A DNA stretch of 64,000 bases from an uncultured Methanosarcinaceae archaeon (GCA_963833425.1 CAWHXP010000008.1:436578-500577); one strand, 5' to 3'. Numbered from the stretch's first letter, positions 33,547-47,729 are shown. Notes: generated from the letters alone by a model not told the origin. A program made the numbers and translations.

Positions 33547-33770
33547 ATATTACGTACTCGTAATAGTTTTGTTTCCGAAATATCTAATTAGACTAATCTG
33601 TATTAAATATCTAATTAGATCGGCTCTATGCGGTTATTCAATAATCGATATTACGTACTTTAATAGTTTCGTTTCCGAAATATCTAATTAGACTAATCTG
33701 TACTAAAAATCTAATTTGTTCGGATCTATACGGTTATTCAATAATCGATGATATTACGTCTGCGTAATAT
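33547..33770. repeat. Two ~100-bp tandem repeats plus a partial third unit, containing palindromes
   Basis: Units 33547-33647 and 33648-33747 differ at about 10 positions; contain ATCTAATTAGA(T/C) and TATTACG-N4-CGTAATA. Confidence 0.9.
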
Positions 33771-34369
33771 TCTTTAAACCTATTCAACTATGGTTTCTGA
33801 GACATATAGGCGGAAACATTGTACACATAGTATCCACTCTCCAATTACTTCTGAGAAATTTGTTATTGGAGATGGAGGGTATGAGAAGCTTTGACTTCCT
33901 ACTACTCAAAATCTGTTACTAACCATAGGAAATTACTCCTTCTGGTCAATACCACCTCTTTTAGTAATCACGGCCTTTAGCCAAGTCAATTCATTTGTCT
34001 GAAAAAATATCAACCCATCTAATATTGGATTTCAGAAAAGAATTGACATCAGGTTTATGTAGTCATATTATAAAATATTTTTGGTTTTTTCTCAAAAATT
34101 TGCATAATTTATTGTTTTTTTTTCGTTTGCTGCAGACTTTTGAGCGTATTAAAAAGTAAAATTTTAGAGTAATTATTGCATTAATTGCAGACACAAAATA
34201 ACAAAAATTATTATTTTCCTTAAAAAAAGGATAGAAAAAAATAACACTGATTTCTTAAAAGAATTAATTTTGGAAGTGAAAGATGATATTTTCAACCACT
34301 TAATACCTTCCGCAGAAGTACACACACAAATGATATCCATTTCTCAACATGACCGCAGCATAAAATATA

Positions 34370-34469
34370 GAATAATTAGATAACTTCCTAAATTCTATCC
34401 AATGCCTATTTGTGATATATAATGGTAGATAAAGTGACTCGTGAAAATCAGAAGTTTATCAGAATTCTC
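34370..34469. mobile_element. IS5-end MITE (family A), abutting a partial family-B end at 34306-34365
   Basis: AAGTGACTCGTGAAAATCAGAAGTTTATCAGAATTCTC; another IS5-like end TTTATCGAAATCCT near 34552-34565. Confidence 0.55.
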
Positions 34470-34792
34470 AATAAATTCAATAATCTAGATGAATCTCCGA
34501 TTTCAACAAATTTCGCAGATCCAATTTATAGTCAACTAGCCAAAATTTGAATTTATCGAAATCCTTATAAATTAGTTAATAGATATTCTCGGAGAAGCTT
34601 TCATCCCTGCAGCAGAAGACGAGCTTTTGGCTAAAATAAAAACCATTTCAGTTTGGTAGTAGTTCTGAATTTTTTAGCTGCAAAACCCATCTTTTAGAAT
34701 ATAGATGCTGAAAATGAAGAAGACTAAAAGATAATAAAGACTATTCAGATTGAGATTAATGAAACAAAAAATTATAATGGTTATAGCATTTA

Positions 34793-35314
34793 TTACAGCG
34801 TAGAATTAATGTCACTGGAAGATACATTCCTTAACCGAGCTACTCCATCAATTTTTCTGATAGCTTCTACGATCGATTTTGGAACCAAGTGTTCCCACTG
34901 TTCTCCTGCAACCATTCGTCTCCGAATTTCTGTACCTGAGTAGCTTTCCCGAATGTAAAGAGGAGATACCTTTACGCAAAAACTGGCTTCTCTAAAAAGT
35001 TGAATAACGAGAGGATTATTTGAGTATACAACTTCAAATTTTGGCGTACGTGATGCTACGTGATGAACCCATATAGAATTATATCGGACGTCTTCGATAG
35101 GAAGAATGTAATGGCGGACAGGTAAGTTCTCAAGCACATTGTGAAGCATCAGCACCCGCTCTCCTGCCGTAAAAGGATCAGTGGCCTCATGACTTTTCTG
35201 AGCGCTTCCTATACCTATAACTAGTTCATCAACCTCTTCAGATATCCGCGAAATTACCGCATGGTGACCAAAATGATATGGCTGGAAACGTCCAATGTAG
35301 AAAGCTCGTACCAT
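34793..35314 (-). CDS. nadM: Nicotinamide-nucleotide adenylyltransferase
   Basis: GRFQPYHFGH, IGSAQKSH, PFTAGER and SGTEIRR motifs. Confidence 0.95.
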   Translation of the reverse strand: MVRAFYIGRFQPYHFGHHAVISRISEEVDELVIGIGSAQKSHEATDPFTAGERVLMLHNVLENLPVRHYILPIEDVRYNSIWVHHVASRTPKFEVVYSNNPLVIQLFREASFCVKVSPLYIRESYSGTEIRRRMVAGEQWEHLVPKSIVEAIRKIDGVARLRNVSSSDINSTL

Positions 35315-35381
35315 CCGAATTCCAACCTCTAATTTGTAATCATGTTATTTGGGATAATTGCTGTTTCAAAAAAATCTTTTT

Positions 35382-35779
35382 TTAAATCATTTCATTACAA
35401 ATTCTTGTTCCAAAAAAAATTTTTTTACAAACTTTCAAGAAATTTTCAGCATTGTTCTTGCGCTCCACTTCAATAAGTATTCTTATAAGTTCGAAATCTG
35501 GCTTCGGATCTTCCATGATTTTCATAAAATCGTGGACCAGATCGAAGTACTTTTCTCCAGTCTTGGTTCGTATAAAGATTGAATTCCATCCTTCAGGTGC
35601 CCAACAGAACCTCCAGAAATAAGCTCCTGTAGTTTAAAAACTTAGATCGTTTGGATCACGAATTTCTCCGCCTTCTTTGCAGTAACAGTCCTCATGGGGG
35701 CACACGGCTTCGCATCCACCGCAAGCTGTGCACACGTATGTTCAATGACTTCTGTAATTTTTATGGCAGTTGGTTGCAT
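35382..35779 (-). pseudogene. fpoF: F420H2 dehydrogenase subunit F, internally deleted and frameshifted
   Basis: N-terminal EVIEH.VCTACGGCEAVCP..VTAKKA.EIRDPNDLS fused to C-terminal GSVG.APEGWNSIFIRTKTGEKYFDLV...IMEDPKP; directly downstream of mer. Confidence 0.85.
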
Positions 35780-35868
35780 CTGATGCTTTTAGGCGCTAGC
35801 TTTACGACAAGATTTTTTTAGGAAACTCGACGAGGAAGTTAAAATTTTTATGTCGCGTGTAATAAAAT

Positions 35869-36867
<999 letters not shown>

Positions 36868-38611
36868 CTAATAATTCTTTTTGGCGAAATAGGTTTTTGT
36901 TCCATAATTTTTTTCCAAACTTCACATCTAAATTATATAGTATTTCGATAAAATTACAAATTTAATAAATTATGTATGTAATTATTGCCAGCAACCAGAC
37001 AAAAATCGTAGTTTGTTGAAACGCTCATTTATCAGTAACCAAATTCGCTTAGTAGTTTTTAAAAAACTGTATTTAATCAAATTTTGTGCTTGCATTTCAA
37101 CCTACAGGATAGCATATGTTTATGATGTCTGGCATTTTGTCTAAACTTAGAGATCATCGATTCTTATTTAACCATTTTTTTTTAATCGAAAAAATTCAAA
37201 TTTTGATTTCCGCCATTATCTTAGATTCCTTAGTATAGTACTTTATTGTGTCAGTTATCGCATTTCTAACTGGAACTTAAACATAGTTTAAATAGTTTTA
37301 AGGAAATACTCTTTTTAAGATATAGTTTTATACTTGTATTACTTAATAAAAACAGGAATCTTCCACCATTAATGATTGATATCTTCATGATCAAATTTTC
37401 AATCAATGAATGCTGCATTTTATGTAGTGAAACATATCTGCCTTCATCTAACAGAAGGCGGAATAAAAATACTGACAAAAGGAGAATTATGCCGTACTAT
37501 TCCTTTTTATTCATTCCATTAAGTTTCTGTTATACCTTTCATCATTCTTAAACACTAAGTATACCCCTTTTCAAATTCACAAAAACCTCAACTTTTCTAG
37601 AATTCCTCCTCGATCGCCGTAGCAAACTTGCAATCTGCAGGCAATTCTACCATTATCATCCCCACCCCATCTTCAATAATTGTTTTAAGGATAAGGTTCA
37701 TGCAGATAACACCAAAGCCTATAGTGGGTTATAACATGCTTAGCCTGCTTAGGACAAATTTTTTCGGTTGCTCATTCATTTTCAGCAACAAGCCAGTATT
37801 TTTCTGCAAAGAACTGATTCGGATACTCAGGCCTCAAATGCAAATACGGAGAGTGAGCTTTGATCGGAGGAAAACCTAGAAGTTCTTCAGAAGCCAGTTT
37901 GCATTTTTATCTTTTTTGCCAGCAGTGTCGTAAATTTGCTCTTCAAATCATAGTAAGGATAATTATTAGTATCGTTTTCCAAGGTTGAATAGTTTACATT
38001 TTTGTGTAAATTTATGGTGGAGCCCAACAATAAACCTAAATTTCCAATAATCTTTTCGGAAAATTCTTGATAGCTTAATCACATCTTCAAGTGGTTTGGT
38101 GCAATAAATTTTGAATTCACATCATCTTTTTTGTGTATAAATCTTTCAACTATTAGAGCCAAATAATTTATCAATAAATCATAATAGAAACTTAAAAGTC
38201 ATTTGGTGATTAATATGCTGCTACATTATATTTTTCTGCATGACCTAATTAGTAAGGGCTAAAATTCAATTATCATCTCTGCCAAAATGCTGTTGTCGCT
38301 TTTCATCAGATATATAAAGTACTAGAGCGATGAAAAAAATATTTGAGAACATCTAAATCACAGACATCCACACTTCTGCCAATTTAAATTACAATTAATT
38401 GGGCAGTTGAATTGCCTTAAAGGTAACTCAGCATCCGTGATCAAAGTCATATTTGAGACTTCTGGCAATTCACTTATCAGTTTAAAAGGTTTTGAAAACC
38501 AAAATACAGCTTTTTTACTAGAAATAACGCTGAAGTCAATGTTCAAAAAAGCGTGATTAAGATAAAAATTCTATTTATTTGTGTTATTCATTTGAAGAAT
38601 TTAATCTTTTT

Positions 38612-40252
38612 TTAGATATATTCTTTAACTATAAGATCATCGAGCTCAAACTCAAATCCTGCAACTGCATACCTGAGACCAAAGTTGTTTATGACTTCAG
38701 GGTGTAATTCTCCAAAGACTCCGATCTTTTTTCCTTTTGCATACACATCTGCCCGCCTGCCTTCGAGGAAAGCCGGATCTCTTGATTCTTTTACCTCATG
38801 CTGAAGCATCATTTCCCTCATGAGTGCATCTACAACCTCGTAAATCTCGGTAAAGTTTGCCTGCGGGTGAATCGAGACTGCCGCTACATGTTGGATGGTT
38901 TTTTCACTTCTCAAAACCTCACCGAATTCGAAGATCTTCTGAGCAAGTTCCCTGTGCCGGTTTAAAGCAAGGATTTCAATCAGTGTGGGAAGCAATGTTG
39001 TCCTGAGCATGATCTGTTCTTCACTTATCGGGTGAAGCACGTAAGTAACGTCATCGGTCTTCTGTCTGCACATATTCTCAAAGTTTATCTTTTCGCTTGT
39101 AAGTGTAAAAGGCATTACCTCATAATACCCCAGTCCCATCATAATTTCGTTAATATTGGAACGCAACAAAGAAATTGGATGAGATTTTCCTGCAGTATAT
39201 ATTCTAGGAGTCCTTACTTTGATGTTCTCATATCCATAACCCTTAGCAATATCTTCGACCAAGTCGTAGTTGTGCAGTATGTCGGCTCTGTAGGCCGGCA
39301 CTTGTACCTCAATCATCTCCTCATCAAGAGCCTGTGCTCCAAAGCGCATCCTTGAAAGCTGCTTAACTATTTCTTCTATGGAAAGTTCCATTCCAAGTAG
39401 GGATTTAACATTACCTTTTGTAAGAAGTCTGGTATTTGGTTCCAGGTTGGGCAATACAAATGTTTTGCCATCGTGGGTGGTGATCCTGACAAACTCTATC
39501 TGCCCACCCCGCTCAGCAAGGGCTGTGACAACAATGTTTAGAGTAGTGTACACATTTTTCCCAAGCCCTGTGACGTCGATAAAAATATCAGTTGTGCTTT
39601 CTGTTACACTCGTAAGTGCTCCGTTAATAATAGGTGGGAAAGACAGTACATTGTCATTTGCATCCAATATGACTGGGTATTTATTAAAATCCTTCACTAG
39701 ATTGGCAAAAGTTTTGCCTTTAGGGTGCTTTTCCAGGATTTCGTTCATGCTCATCTTTTCGGTGTAATCAAGTGGCACGAACTTTAAACTTGGATCAGCT
39801 GCCATGTAGCGAAAAGGAGGCTTCAAATTTAAAAGGTCGTGTACTCCGATAGAAACTTTTTTTCTGTTTCTCCCAGGACCCCAGTGCAGATCTTCCTGCA
39901 GATCCATCAGGGACTTTATCGAAGCAGATGTAAACTTTATTCCCCTTATGACTGCACACCCAAGAAAAGGCCTGATTTTTAGGATCTCCTCACTGATAGA
40001 TATCGAAACATTGTAAGGCTTTACCTCATATTCGGGAAGTCCTGTTTCAAGGTCCAGAAAACCCCGCATTGCTCTAGCGATTCCTTCAACACTATAAAGG
40101 TCAGGTCTATCCGGAAAGAATTCGATATCTATGTATTCATCTTCAATCCTTTCAATATCTGCCCCTATCATCGGCACTCTTTTTATTATATTTTCCCTAT
40201 CTGTTCCTGTGAGCTTTTCGAGGTCTTCGTACTGCAAGGTGATTATTGGCAT
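38612..40252 (-). CDS. pheT: Phenylalanine--tRNA ligase beta subunit
   Basis: [19 protein letters not shown] and [17 protein letters not shown] motifs; archaeal length (546 aa). Confidence 0.97.
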   Translation of the reverse strand: MPIITLQYEDLEKLTGTDRENIIKRVPMIGADIERIEDEYIDIEFFPDRPDLYSVEGIARAMRGFLDLETGLPEYEVKPYNVSISISEEILKIRPFLGCAVIRGIKFTSASIKSLMDLQEDLHWGPGRNRKKVSIGVHDLLNLKPPFRYMAADPSLKFVPLDYTEKMSMNEILEKHPKGKTFANLVKDFNKYPVILDANDNVLSFPPIINGALTSVTESTTDIFIDVTGLGKNVYTTLNIVVTALAERGGQIEFVRITTHDGKTFVLPNLEPNTRLLTKGNVKSLLGMELSIEEIVKQLSRMRFGAQALDEEMIEVQVPAYRADILHNYDLVEDIAKGYGYENIKVRTPRIYTAGKSHPISLLRSNINEIMMGLGYYEVMPFTLTSEKINFENMCRQKTDDVTYVLHPISEEQIMLRTTLLPTLIEILALNRHRELAQKIFEFGEVLRSEKTIQHVAAVSIHPQANFTEIYEVVDALMREMMLQHEVKESRDPAFLEGRRADVYAKGKKIGVFGELHPEVINNFGLRYAVAGFEFELDDLIVKEYI

Positions 40253-40554
40253 TGTAAATTCATCTCTATATGTTGCTGGCTAACTTAATCACAAAAATAC
40301 TCAACTTCAGATTTAATGCTTTTGTTTCGGAGTCATTTGGAATATTCTGGAAAATTAAATTGTTTGGAAAAAATACATGCTTTAATCAAAGTTACAGCAG
40401 CAAAAGTCTACCCACTACCAACAAGGAAACATGTTCTCACTAACACTCTGGTTATAAAAGAATTAGTTAATCTCAAATATTTTCATTTGCTAATAGCTTT
40501 TTCTCTGCTGTTTTATGCGATTATTCGTATAGTTTTTAATTAAATTGGAACTAG

Positions 40555-40800
40555 TACTGTAACCAAAAGTTCCGATCTATTCTTCATCACCACACATCTC
40601 AACTAAAAAATAACCGTTTTCAATCTCATAGTATTTTTGAAAGATTTTTCTTGCCTTGCTATTTCATAAATCCTATCACTCTCACAGCAGAATATTTGGT
40701 TCAGCTCCAACGAAAAATGTGCAGGATGATCATCAGTTCCAAACACATCAAGCTCAAAGCAATGCATTTTACAAATTTCAAAGAATATATCTCAAATAAT
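40555..40800 (-). mobile_element. tnpA: IS200/IS605 TnpA (Y1 transposase) relic
   Basis: EICKMHCFELDVFGTDDHP.HFFVGAEPKYS...ARKIFQKY...IGTFG, covering the degenerate HUH region. Confidence 0.7.
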
Positions 40801-40911
40801 TGATGGTAGCATTGTCCAAAATAAATTTTTTACGATGCTTTGTACAAAGAAAAATTTGGTATCTCATTTTATGAACATAGTTGTCTGATTGACGTCGTTG
40901 CATTTATTGTA

Positions 40912-42045
40912 GAGAATTTCGATAACCTCCATGCTCTTGAGCATGGTTGACTTTAAATTTGCAAATATTTATGTATATTCATGAAAACTCTTACTGATTT
41001 TGCTCTTAAAGAAGAGTATAAACGTCTTGAATCCGTTGGAGATAAGCTTGCTGAAATTGCTTCCTTAATTGATTGGAAAGCGTTTCGTATTATTCTTTAG
41101 TCTATGTATATTAACAAAGCCGTTTCAGGAGGGATACCTGAAACTGATGTCATTGTGATGTTCAAAATGCTTGTTTTACAACAATGGCACGTGCTCTCTG
41201 ATTTTGAACTTGAGAAACAGTGTATAGATCGAATTTCTTTTAGGAAATTCCTTGGATTTCCGGAATACATACCTGACAGTACTACTGTATGGCTATTTAG
41301 GGAGAGAATTATCGAGAATTTCAAAGAAAATATGGGAAAAGTTGCAAAGCCAACTTGATGCTCTGGATTTACAGATAAAGCAAGGAATGATTCAGGATGC
41401 TACTTTTATCCATTCAGATCCAGGACATGCGAAAGCAGAGAGATGAGGCAAAAACAAGAAGAAGCAGAGACGGAACATGGACAAAAAAGGGAGGTAAGTC
41501 TCATTTTGGATATAAGCTTCATAATATAATAGACAGAGATTATGAGCTAATCAGAAGATTCAAAACAACAACTGCGTCAGTACATGATTCGTATGTAGAT
41601 GTGACAGAGGAAAATGAAGTGGTTTATAGGGACAGAGGATACTTTGAGCAAAAACGAAAGGGTATAATGCAACAATGAAAAGAGCAGTCAAAGGACATAC
41701 GCTGGGAATAAAGGATATATTAAGAAATAAGAGAATTAGCTCAAAAAGAGTCAAAGGGGAAAGAGGTTGTTCAGTAACTAAAGAAATTTTCAAAGCAGGA
41801 AGAGTTTTTGTTACTACTGTTAAAAGAGTAAATCTAAAAATGTTGTGTACGGCTTTTTGTTATAATCTCCATCAATTGAGGACATTGAAAATAAAAAAAG
41901 TATATTGAAGATAGCGGAAGCTATCTTTAAAATCAAAGAATTGAGAATAAAGTAAAGCCAAAAAGAGGAATTAAATAGAGAAATTGAGGGGAAGATCTGA
42001 GAAATTCCTGCTAAGAAATAAAATCCGAAGTTTATCAAAATCCTC
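40912..42045 (+). mobile_element. IS5-family insertion sequence, frameshifted transposase (copy 3)
   Basis: GAGAATTTCGATAA...TTATCAAAATCCTC; the ORF 41397-41678 protein is identical to that of 1852-2133; flanks TGTA/TATA. Confidence 0.93.
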
Positions 42046-42162
42046 TATAGTAAAAAGGTGGCTTAAAAACAGAATTGTTGACAATAATCCATTAGGAGAT
42101 ACTCCCAAAGTAACCATTGTCAATTTAGATCAGGAATTTCAAGAGCTAATTTGAGAGTCTTT

Positions 42163-43356
42163 TTAAAATATAGGAATTAGACCTGGGTTATCTCCTGTAA
42201 TACACTCTCCACCCTTTGAGGTCACTATAAAAGTATTTTCAATTCCCACCATTCCTATTTTTTCAATTCCTTTTTTAGGTTCGAGAGCAAATACCATATC
42301 TTCTTGAAGTGGTTCATCAAAACCCTCTGCAATTACAGGCTGTTCATCGATTTGTAACCCAACCCCGTGACCAAGGAATTTTACTTTTCTGTTCCCAAAA
42401 CCCATGAAATTTTGTAAAAATTCCTTATCGAGCTTGTACATTATGTTATTGTATATTTTGGAAGGGACAGCTCCAGGTTTTAACATTTTTGCAGCTTCAT
42501 TTTGTATCTCCACGCATTTATCGTGAATACTTCGAGCATAATTGGGTATTGAAGAACTGAACATGTATGTTGTTGTTTTATCCGTGTTATAGCCTTCAAC
42601 TGCACACCCAATGTCAATATAGACCAGATCGCCTCTTTGTAGTCTCCGGGACCGGTTCCCGATTAGGGGCACAGCAGGGCTCATACCATAATTTCCTCCC
42701 GGGCCATTAAAATAAGATGGATGAATTGAACTTTCACCAAAACAAACATTTCCCAGGAACATCTCTGTATCAAACATCCCAAAACGACATAATCCATCAT
42801 GTCCTTCCTTAACCATAACTGAAAAGAGTTCTGTTGACAGATCTACTTCACTCATTCCCTCATGCAGCATCTCTGGCAAAATATCTTCCAGCACGTGTTG
42901 ATGAATTCTGCCAGCTTCTCTCATCAAAGATAGCTCATATTTGCTTTTTACTGCTCTAGCAGCGGAAATTTGAGCATCAACAGACTTAACATTTTTGGAA
43001 GGAAAATATTTTTGAAACCTCTGGTACAAATCCAGGGTAACTATTCCAGTTTCCATAAGTACTGTATCTGGGAGCTTGCTTATATTCCTTGCAGCGTCAC
43101 GGAAACTGTCCATATGTTCTATATTTGGAAATAATGATTCTTCCCGAGCTCTTTCATAGCTGCGCCGTACCCAAAATGTTTCATCTCCATTTTTTGGAAT
43201 AATCAACATTCCATCCTGCATTGTGCCAGTAAGGTAGTAAAGGTTGATCTTGCTGAATATTACGGCTAATTCCCATTCGATGTCCGATTTGTCCATACTC
43301 TTTTTTAGGCATCTCATGCGATTTTTGAGTTCATTAAAAGGTACTTTTTTAATCAT
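42163..43356 (-). CDS. Xaa-Pro peptidase family (M24) protein
   Basis: DLVYIDIG...YNTDKT, FLGHGVG, ALEPKKG and GIENT metal-binding residues. Confidence 0.93.
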   Translation of the reverse strand: MIKKVPFNELKNRMRCLKKSMDKSDIEWELAVIFSKINLYYLTGTMQDGMLIIPKNGDETFWVRRSYERAREESLFPNIEHMDSFRDAARNISKLPDTVLMETGIVTLDLYQRFQKYFPSKNVKSVDAQISAARAVKSKYELSLMREAGRIHQHVLEDILPEMLHEGMSEVDLSTELFSVMVKEGHDGLCRFGMFDTEMFLGNVCFGESSIHPSYFNGPGGNYGMSPAVPLIGNRSRRLQRGDLVYIDIGCAVEGYNTDKTTTYMFSSSIPNYARSIHDKCVEIQNEAAKMLKPGAVPSKIYNNIMYKLDKEFLQNFMGFGNRKVKFLGHGVGLQIDEQPVIAEGFDEPLQEDMVFALEPKKGIEKIGMVGIENTFIVTSKGGECITGDNPGLIPIF

Positions 43357-45106
43357 GCGGATTCCTTTACTAAGTTTATCTGTTATCAGTTATAAAAATT
43401 GGACTCATGCTAGTGGATATAATGCTCAATTTGGCAGAGACTACCAATTAGTTTGGTACTCTCTAATAGCAAACATATTTCATCGGCACATTATTATTTG
43501 GAAAAAAACTAATGTAAAAAATCTAATTCCTTACTGTTAAATTTTAGCTCTTAGGGATCTTTAGGAGACGACCAAAACTACAATCCATAAAGAGATTAGG
43601 GATATACGCACTTGAAGCGGGATACTTAAGCTTAATAAACTTTATGAATTTTTTTTTTAGATAATCTGATGTTTAATACTATTTGTTTCTAAGTTCAGCT
43701 ATTTATTTTTTTCAATATATAAAAAAATTTATTATGTAGTATGTGGTTTCGTTCGATCATTTAGATATACATTTTTCTAAATTTATATATTATTTAAAAA
43801 GAAATTGTTCTAATTATACTTTAGGACAAAGTAATTTTAAAAAAGATTTTTACAGATTAATAGAAAAGATTTAATTTCTTATTTAATCTCCTTGTTTTAA
43901 TCATAAAAGTTTGAATGATTTCAAAAAATAGATACATTAATGGGTAAATTCCATCAAACTTGACTGAATTTGTTATACTAACGACGAAACATAGTGTATT
44001 TTATAGCTATTCGCAATGCATGAAAGAAAAAAATTAATACTAGGCAGCGAAGCTATAAAATTCGATGACTACGAATCGATTCCGATAAAATTAATACAGC
44101 TTTTATTCTCAGTTATTTTAAATTAATTTCCGGAGATCAACTTAAAAGGCATGAACATAATCTGGTTGTCTCTGCCATTGCTCTTACTAAGTGGCTGTCT
44201 TAAAATTCAAACCGATTCAGCAATTGGATAATTGGCAATGCTTAATTTAGAATCAGACAATGAATTTTTCTGAAAATAGGATGCCCATTAACCTTGTATT
44301 ATGTGCTTCCTTATGGACTTCATTTAATTCTTTAGTTCAAATGCATGAATCTTATCCAATTGTGAGTTTAAGTTCATTTTAAGAGATGCTCAGGAAGGTG
44401 TTAGTGGTCCCTATTATTTACAGTACTTGAAGGAGGAATGAGATTACGTTCTCGCTGTTCAAAATTGTTGAAAAAAACGGATGTTTGGGACATTTACCTA
44501 CATAGGATAGCGATTTTTGATGGTACTGAGTTCAGCGATGAAATATGGACAACTAAAAAGGAAATTACAATTGAACTGCGTATCGGATATATTGAAAAAT
44601 GGGTTATAATTATACCCATAAATACATATTGGCGCTCTTACGTTTTACAGGGGACTGAAGCCAGTTGATTAGTGCTTAGATCCTAACAAAATAGTTTGTG
44701 AGCTACTCAATTTACTCAGAACAGTCGATAATTCAAATTATATAGTATTTTTTACAATTAATAGGCAAATATGCATATTTAAAATTCAAAAGGTAGCTAT
44801 ATAGAGTAGTTTTTTGATTATTCTGTAAACTCCAATTATTCTATCATTTTTTACCACAGAAAGCAGAATTTAAGACTTATTGATGCGCAGGTTTTGGTAA
44901 AAACATATGTATTTTTCATTGATTTCGTCTCTAATTATAGGATATATTTTACCGAATTATACCCTTTATCCATCACTTAGCATTCCAGTAAAAATTTATA
45001 TGGTTGAGCATTATAATTGAGTATCGAAACTTTAATTTATGTATTTCAAGGGCCTTTAAGATCAAAAAGACGTTTTAAAACGTAGTTTAAGGAAAAAGGG
45101 CTAATA

Positions 45107-45727
45107 ATGAGGTTTAAGGGCGATATCAGAGACCTAGGAGTGAAATTACTGGAGGAAATCTATACCGAAAACGAGAAAGTCGTTTACTGGAAAGACTGGC
45201 TACAAAAATATCGTTTTTTCCCTGCGTACCCGGATGACCCTTATGCTTGGTTTACAGACGTGCTCGCGCTGAAATCCGTGAATTCCGGAAACTACGGAGT
45301 AGGAAGCGTTATGGTAGGTTTTGGAGATGAGATCGTAGCCTTGGGTCAAAACCTTGTTTACTCTCCTTCTTTTCGAAGCGACCTGCATTCGGAAATGGTA
45401 GCCTTAAATTACTTTGAGGAAGAGAACCCACAAATAACAAACCTTGAAGGATATACTTTCTATACTTCATTAGAACCTTGCCCTATGTGCTTGATAAGGC
45501 TGATATCTTCTGGTATAAAAAGGATTCACTATGTAGCTTCTGACCCAATTGGCGGGATGGTAACTGGAATCTCACTTCTTCCTCCTCTCTGGAAAGAGCT
45601 TTCAGAACCACAACTTTTTAAAGTAGCGCAGTGTTCCATAGAGCTTTCGAAAGCTGCAAACGAAATTATGCATATCAACGCACAAGAATTGCTTGAAATT
45701 CTAAGAAAACGCCGTTCTGATGTTTAA
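45107..45727 (+). CDS. Zn-dependent nucleoside/nucleotide deaminase
   Basis: HSE and LEPCPMC motifs. Confidence 0.88.
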   Translation: MRFKGDIRDLGVKLLEEIYTENEKVVYWKDWLQKYRFFPAYPDDPYAWFTDVLALKSVNSGNYGVGSVMVGFGDEIVALGQNLVYSPSFRSDLHSEMVALNYFEEENPQITNLEGYTFYTSLEPCPMCLIRLISSGIKRIHYVASDPIGGMVTGISLLPPLWKELSEPQLFKVAQCSIELSKAANEIMHINAQELLEILRKRRSDV

Positions 45728-46033
45728 ATTTTACTTTTATGAAACAGAATCTCAAGTAAGCTTTCCATTCCTGTTTTAAATTGATTTTTTAGTCCTTTTC
45801 TTAACTATAAAAAAAGAAATTGTTGTCTCTAATGATGCAGAGGTTTTGTGATAAAGACGGTGCAAAAACTATGCGATTCTAAAAATATTTTCTAAACTAC
45901 ATTCTTTAAGTTATTAGAAGAATGGCTAAAGATATACGATCACAAAAAAATTATCTCTCCTTGGCTTTTCGCTGACTCCATGGAGATGCTATGGGCAGCT
46001 CTAAGTGATATGTTTTAGAAATTTTAGTTAAAA

Positions 46034-46330
46034 TTATTTGACCGGCGAATATCCATTGACTATCACTGATTTTGTAATCATAGAATTCTCTCTAAAGGGT
46101 GCAATCTTCAGATACTCCGCCGAATTAAAGCAATTTCTTAACTGTTCTTCGGTTCCGAACTCAATAAGGACTATTCTCTCCGGATTCCAGTTTCCAAACA
46201 TTGGAATAATCTCTCCTCCCTAACCAGATACCTACCTAAGTGTTTTTATTATTTCTGGAGCTTTTTCGACGTATCTAGCATACAGTTCATTGTCAATGAC
46301 TTTGATTTAGATTATCATATAAACCGGCAT
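46034..46330 (-). pseudogene. DUF1330-family protein, disrupted
   Basis: MPVYMII*IKVIDNELYARYVEKAPEII..GRYLVR.GEIIPMFGNWNPERIVLIEF...FNSAEYLKIAPFR with a stop and frameshifts. Confidence 0.8.
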
Positions 46331-46871
46331 TTTTTTCCTTCCATCTACTCTCTTTCAAATAGGCAAATATCAACCCCACTTTCATTATAACATATTCTAT
46401 ATGCATCCATGCCAAAAATCCAAATACTAAAGCAAGTAATTGAGCCTTTTTAGATATAAGTTTCTATAGCTTGAATCCATTATTCGGAATATAAATAATA
46501 AAGAGAAAAAGTGTAAATTTTGAGATTCTGACTGCTGGAAATGAATAAAAAATATCAAAGAGTTCAACATTAATTACCAGAACTTCCACTATAACTTTTT
46601 ATGTCTGGATTTTCAGGAAGTAACTTAATGTTTAACTTTTGTTATCCTTGATTAATTTCTGAATGTTAATCTCTGGATTATGCATATATTTTGCTATAAA
46701 GCCTATGTATATTTTCAATGTAAACTCTTCATCACTATTTTATCCACTAGTACCTACCACGAACTAAAAAGTATGCCTTTTAATCTTTTGAAATTAAACT
46801 ATATTTCTATATTAAGTATATATTTTGGATTAAAACTAACGTTCTCATAAAATATTTCATAGGAAAATAAA

Positions 46872-46912
46872 TTTTATTCAGAGACTATTTTTTTAGAATT
46901 AATTTAAAATAA
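46872..46912 (+). promoter_or_regulatory. Repeated upstream motif, copy d
   Basis: TTTTATTCAGAGACTATTTTTTTAGAATTAATTTAAAATAA; the following leader aligns with 2790-2935. Confidence 0.55.
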
Positions 46913-47052
46913 TTAACAAACTCACTAAGTAATATAGTTCATCAAAAATTGTTGGTGTAATAAATGTCCACCAACTAATTCCTGTAGCTTGAACAGTTAA
47001 CAAAAACAAATCTCGGTGTAATTATCAATTTAACCTTAATGGAGTGAAATAA

Positions 47053-47281
47053 ATGTTAAAACAATCATCTCGTGGAATAAAAAACACTTGGTATTTTACT
47101 GGCAGTTTGTTTTTTAATGGCTGTGGCCGCTGCATCAGTAAGCGCACACCCAGTTGTGGTTAAGGATAAGAACACAGTTATAGTGGCATTTCAACATGAG
47201 AAGACTAAACTTTTCAAATACCACTATCACCCCCATCACGACCCTGCTGCGACCCCTGCGAAGATATGGACATGGGGATGA
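47053..47281 (+). pseudogene. Small secreted His-rich protein, frameshifted in the signal peptide
   Basis: MLKQSSRGIK / TLGILLAVCFLMAVAAASVSAHPVVVKDKNTVIVAFQHEKTKLFKYHYHPHHD...; shift lies in an A6 run; GGAGTG RBS. Confidence 0.65.
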
Positions 47282-47729
47282 ACATGAACATGGATCGTAG
47301 AACTGACGATTGGTACTGATCTAGCGATGCATAGACAAATTGACTATCTTATTAACTACGTAAATAATATTTTATTATCATGAGCTTCATGTTAATAGAC
47401 ATTATCTCCATGTATAATTTAAATGGATCGGGCACCTAATTTCGAGGGCAAAAATGATATTATTTAAGGTAATCAAAATTGCCCGATTTCTTTTATAAGT
47501 CTTCTAATTTTAAGCACAGTTTTTTTTGTGCTAAAACCTCCGTATTTTTTTATTTTTGAGCCGGACTTATAGGATATTTTTATCCAATTTCGCAGAAAAT
47601 ACATCGTTTTTATTAAAATATATGTTATATAAAAAGTCAAAAAATTGCTTTATTTATTAAGCGAAGGAAAAAATAAATAAAACTTAAATTATTATTCAAC
47701 CTACAAATCGGGTTTATTTGATTTATTTA

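Noticed and set aside
33547..33770. Possible CRISPR mini-array
   Set aside because: Whole 100-bp units are duplicated with no unique spacers, and no cas genes are present.
44878..45860. TGATGC..AGGTTTTG direct repeats flanking the deaminase gene
   Set aside because: Too short and degenerate to support a mobile cassette.
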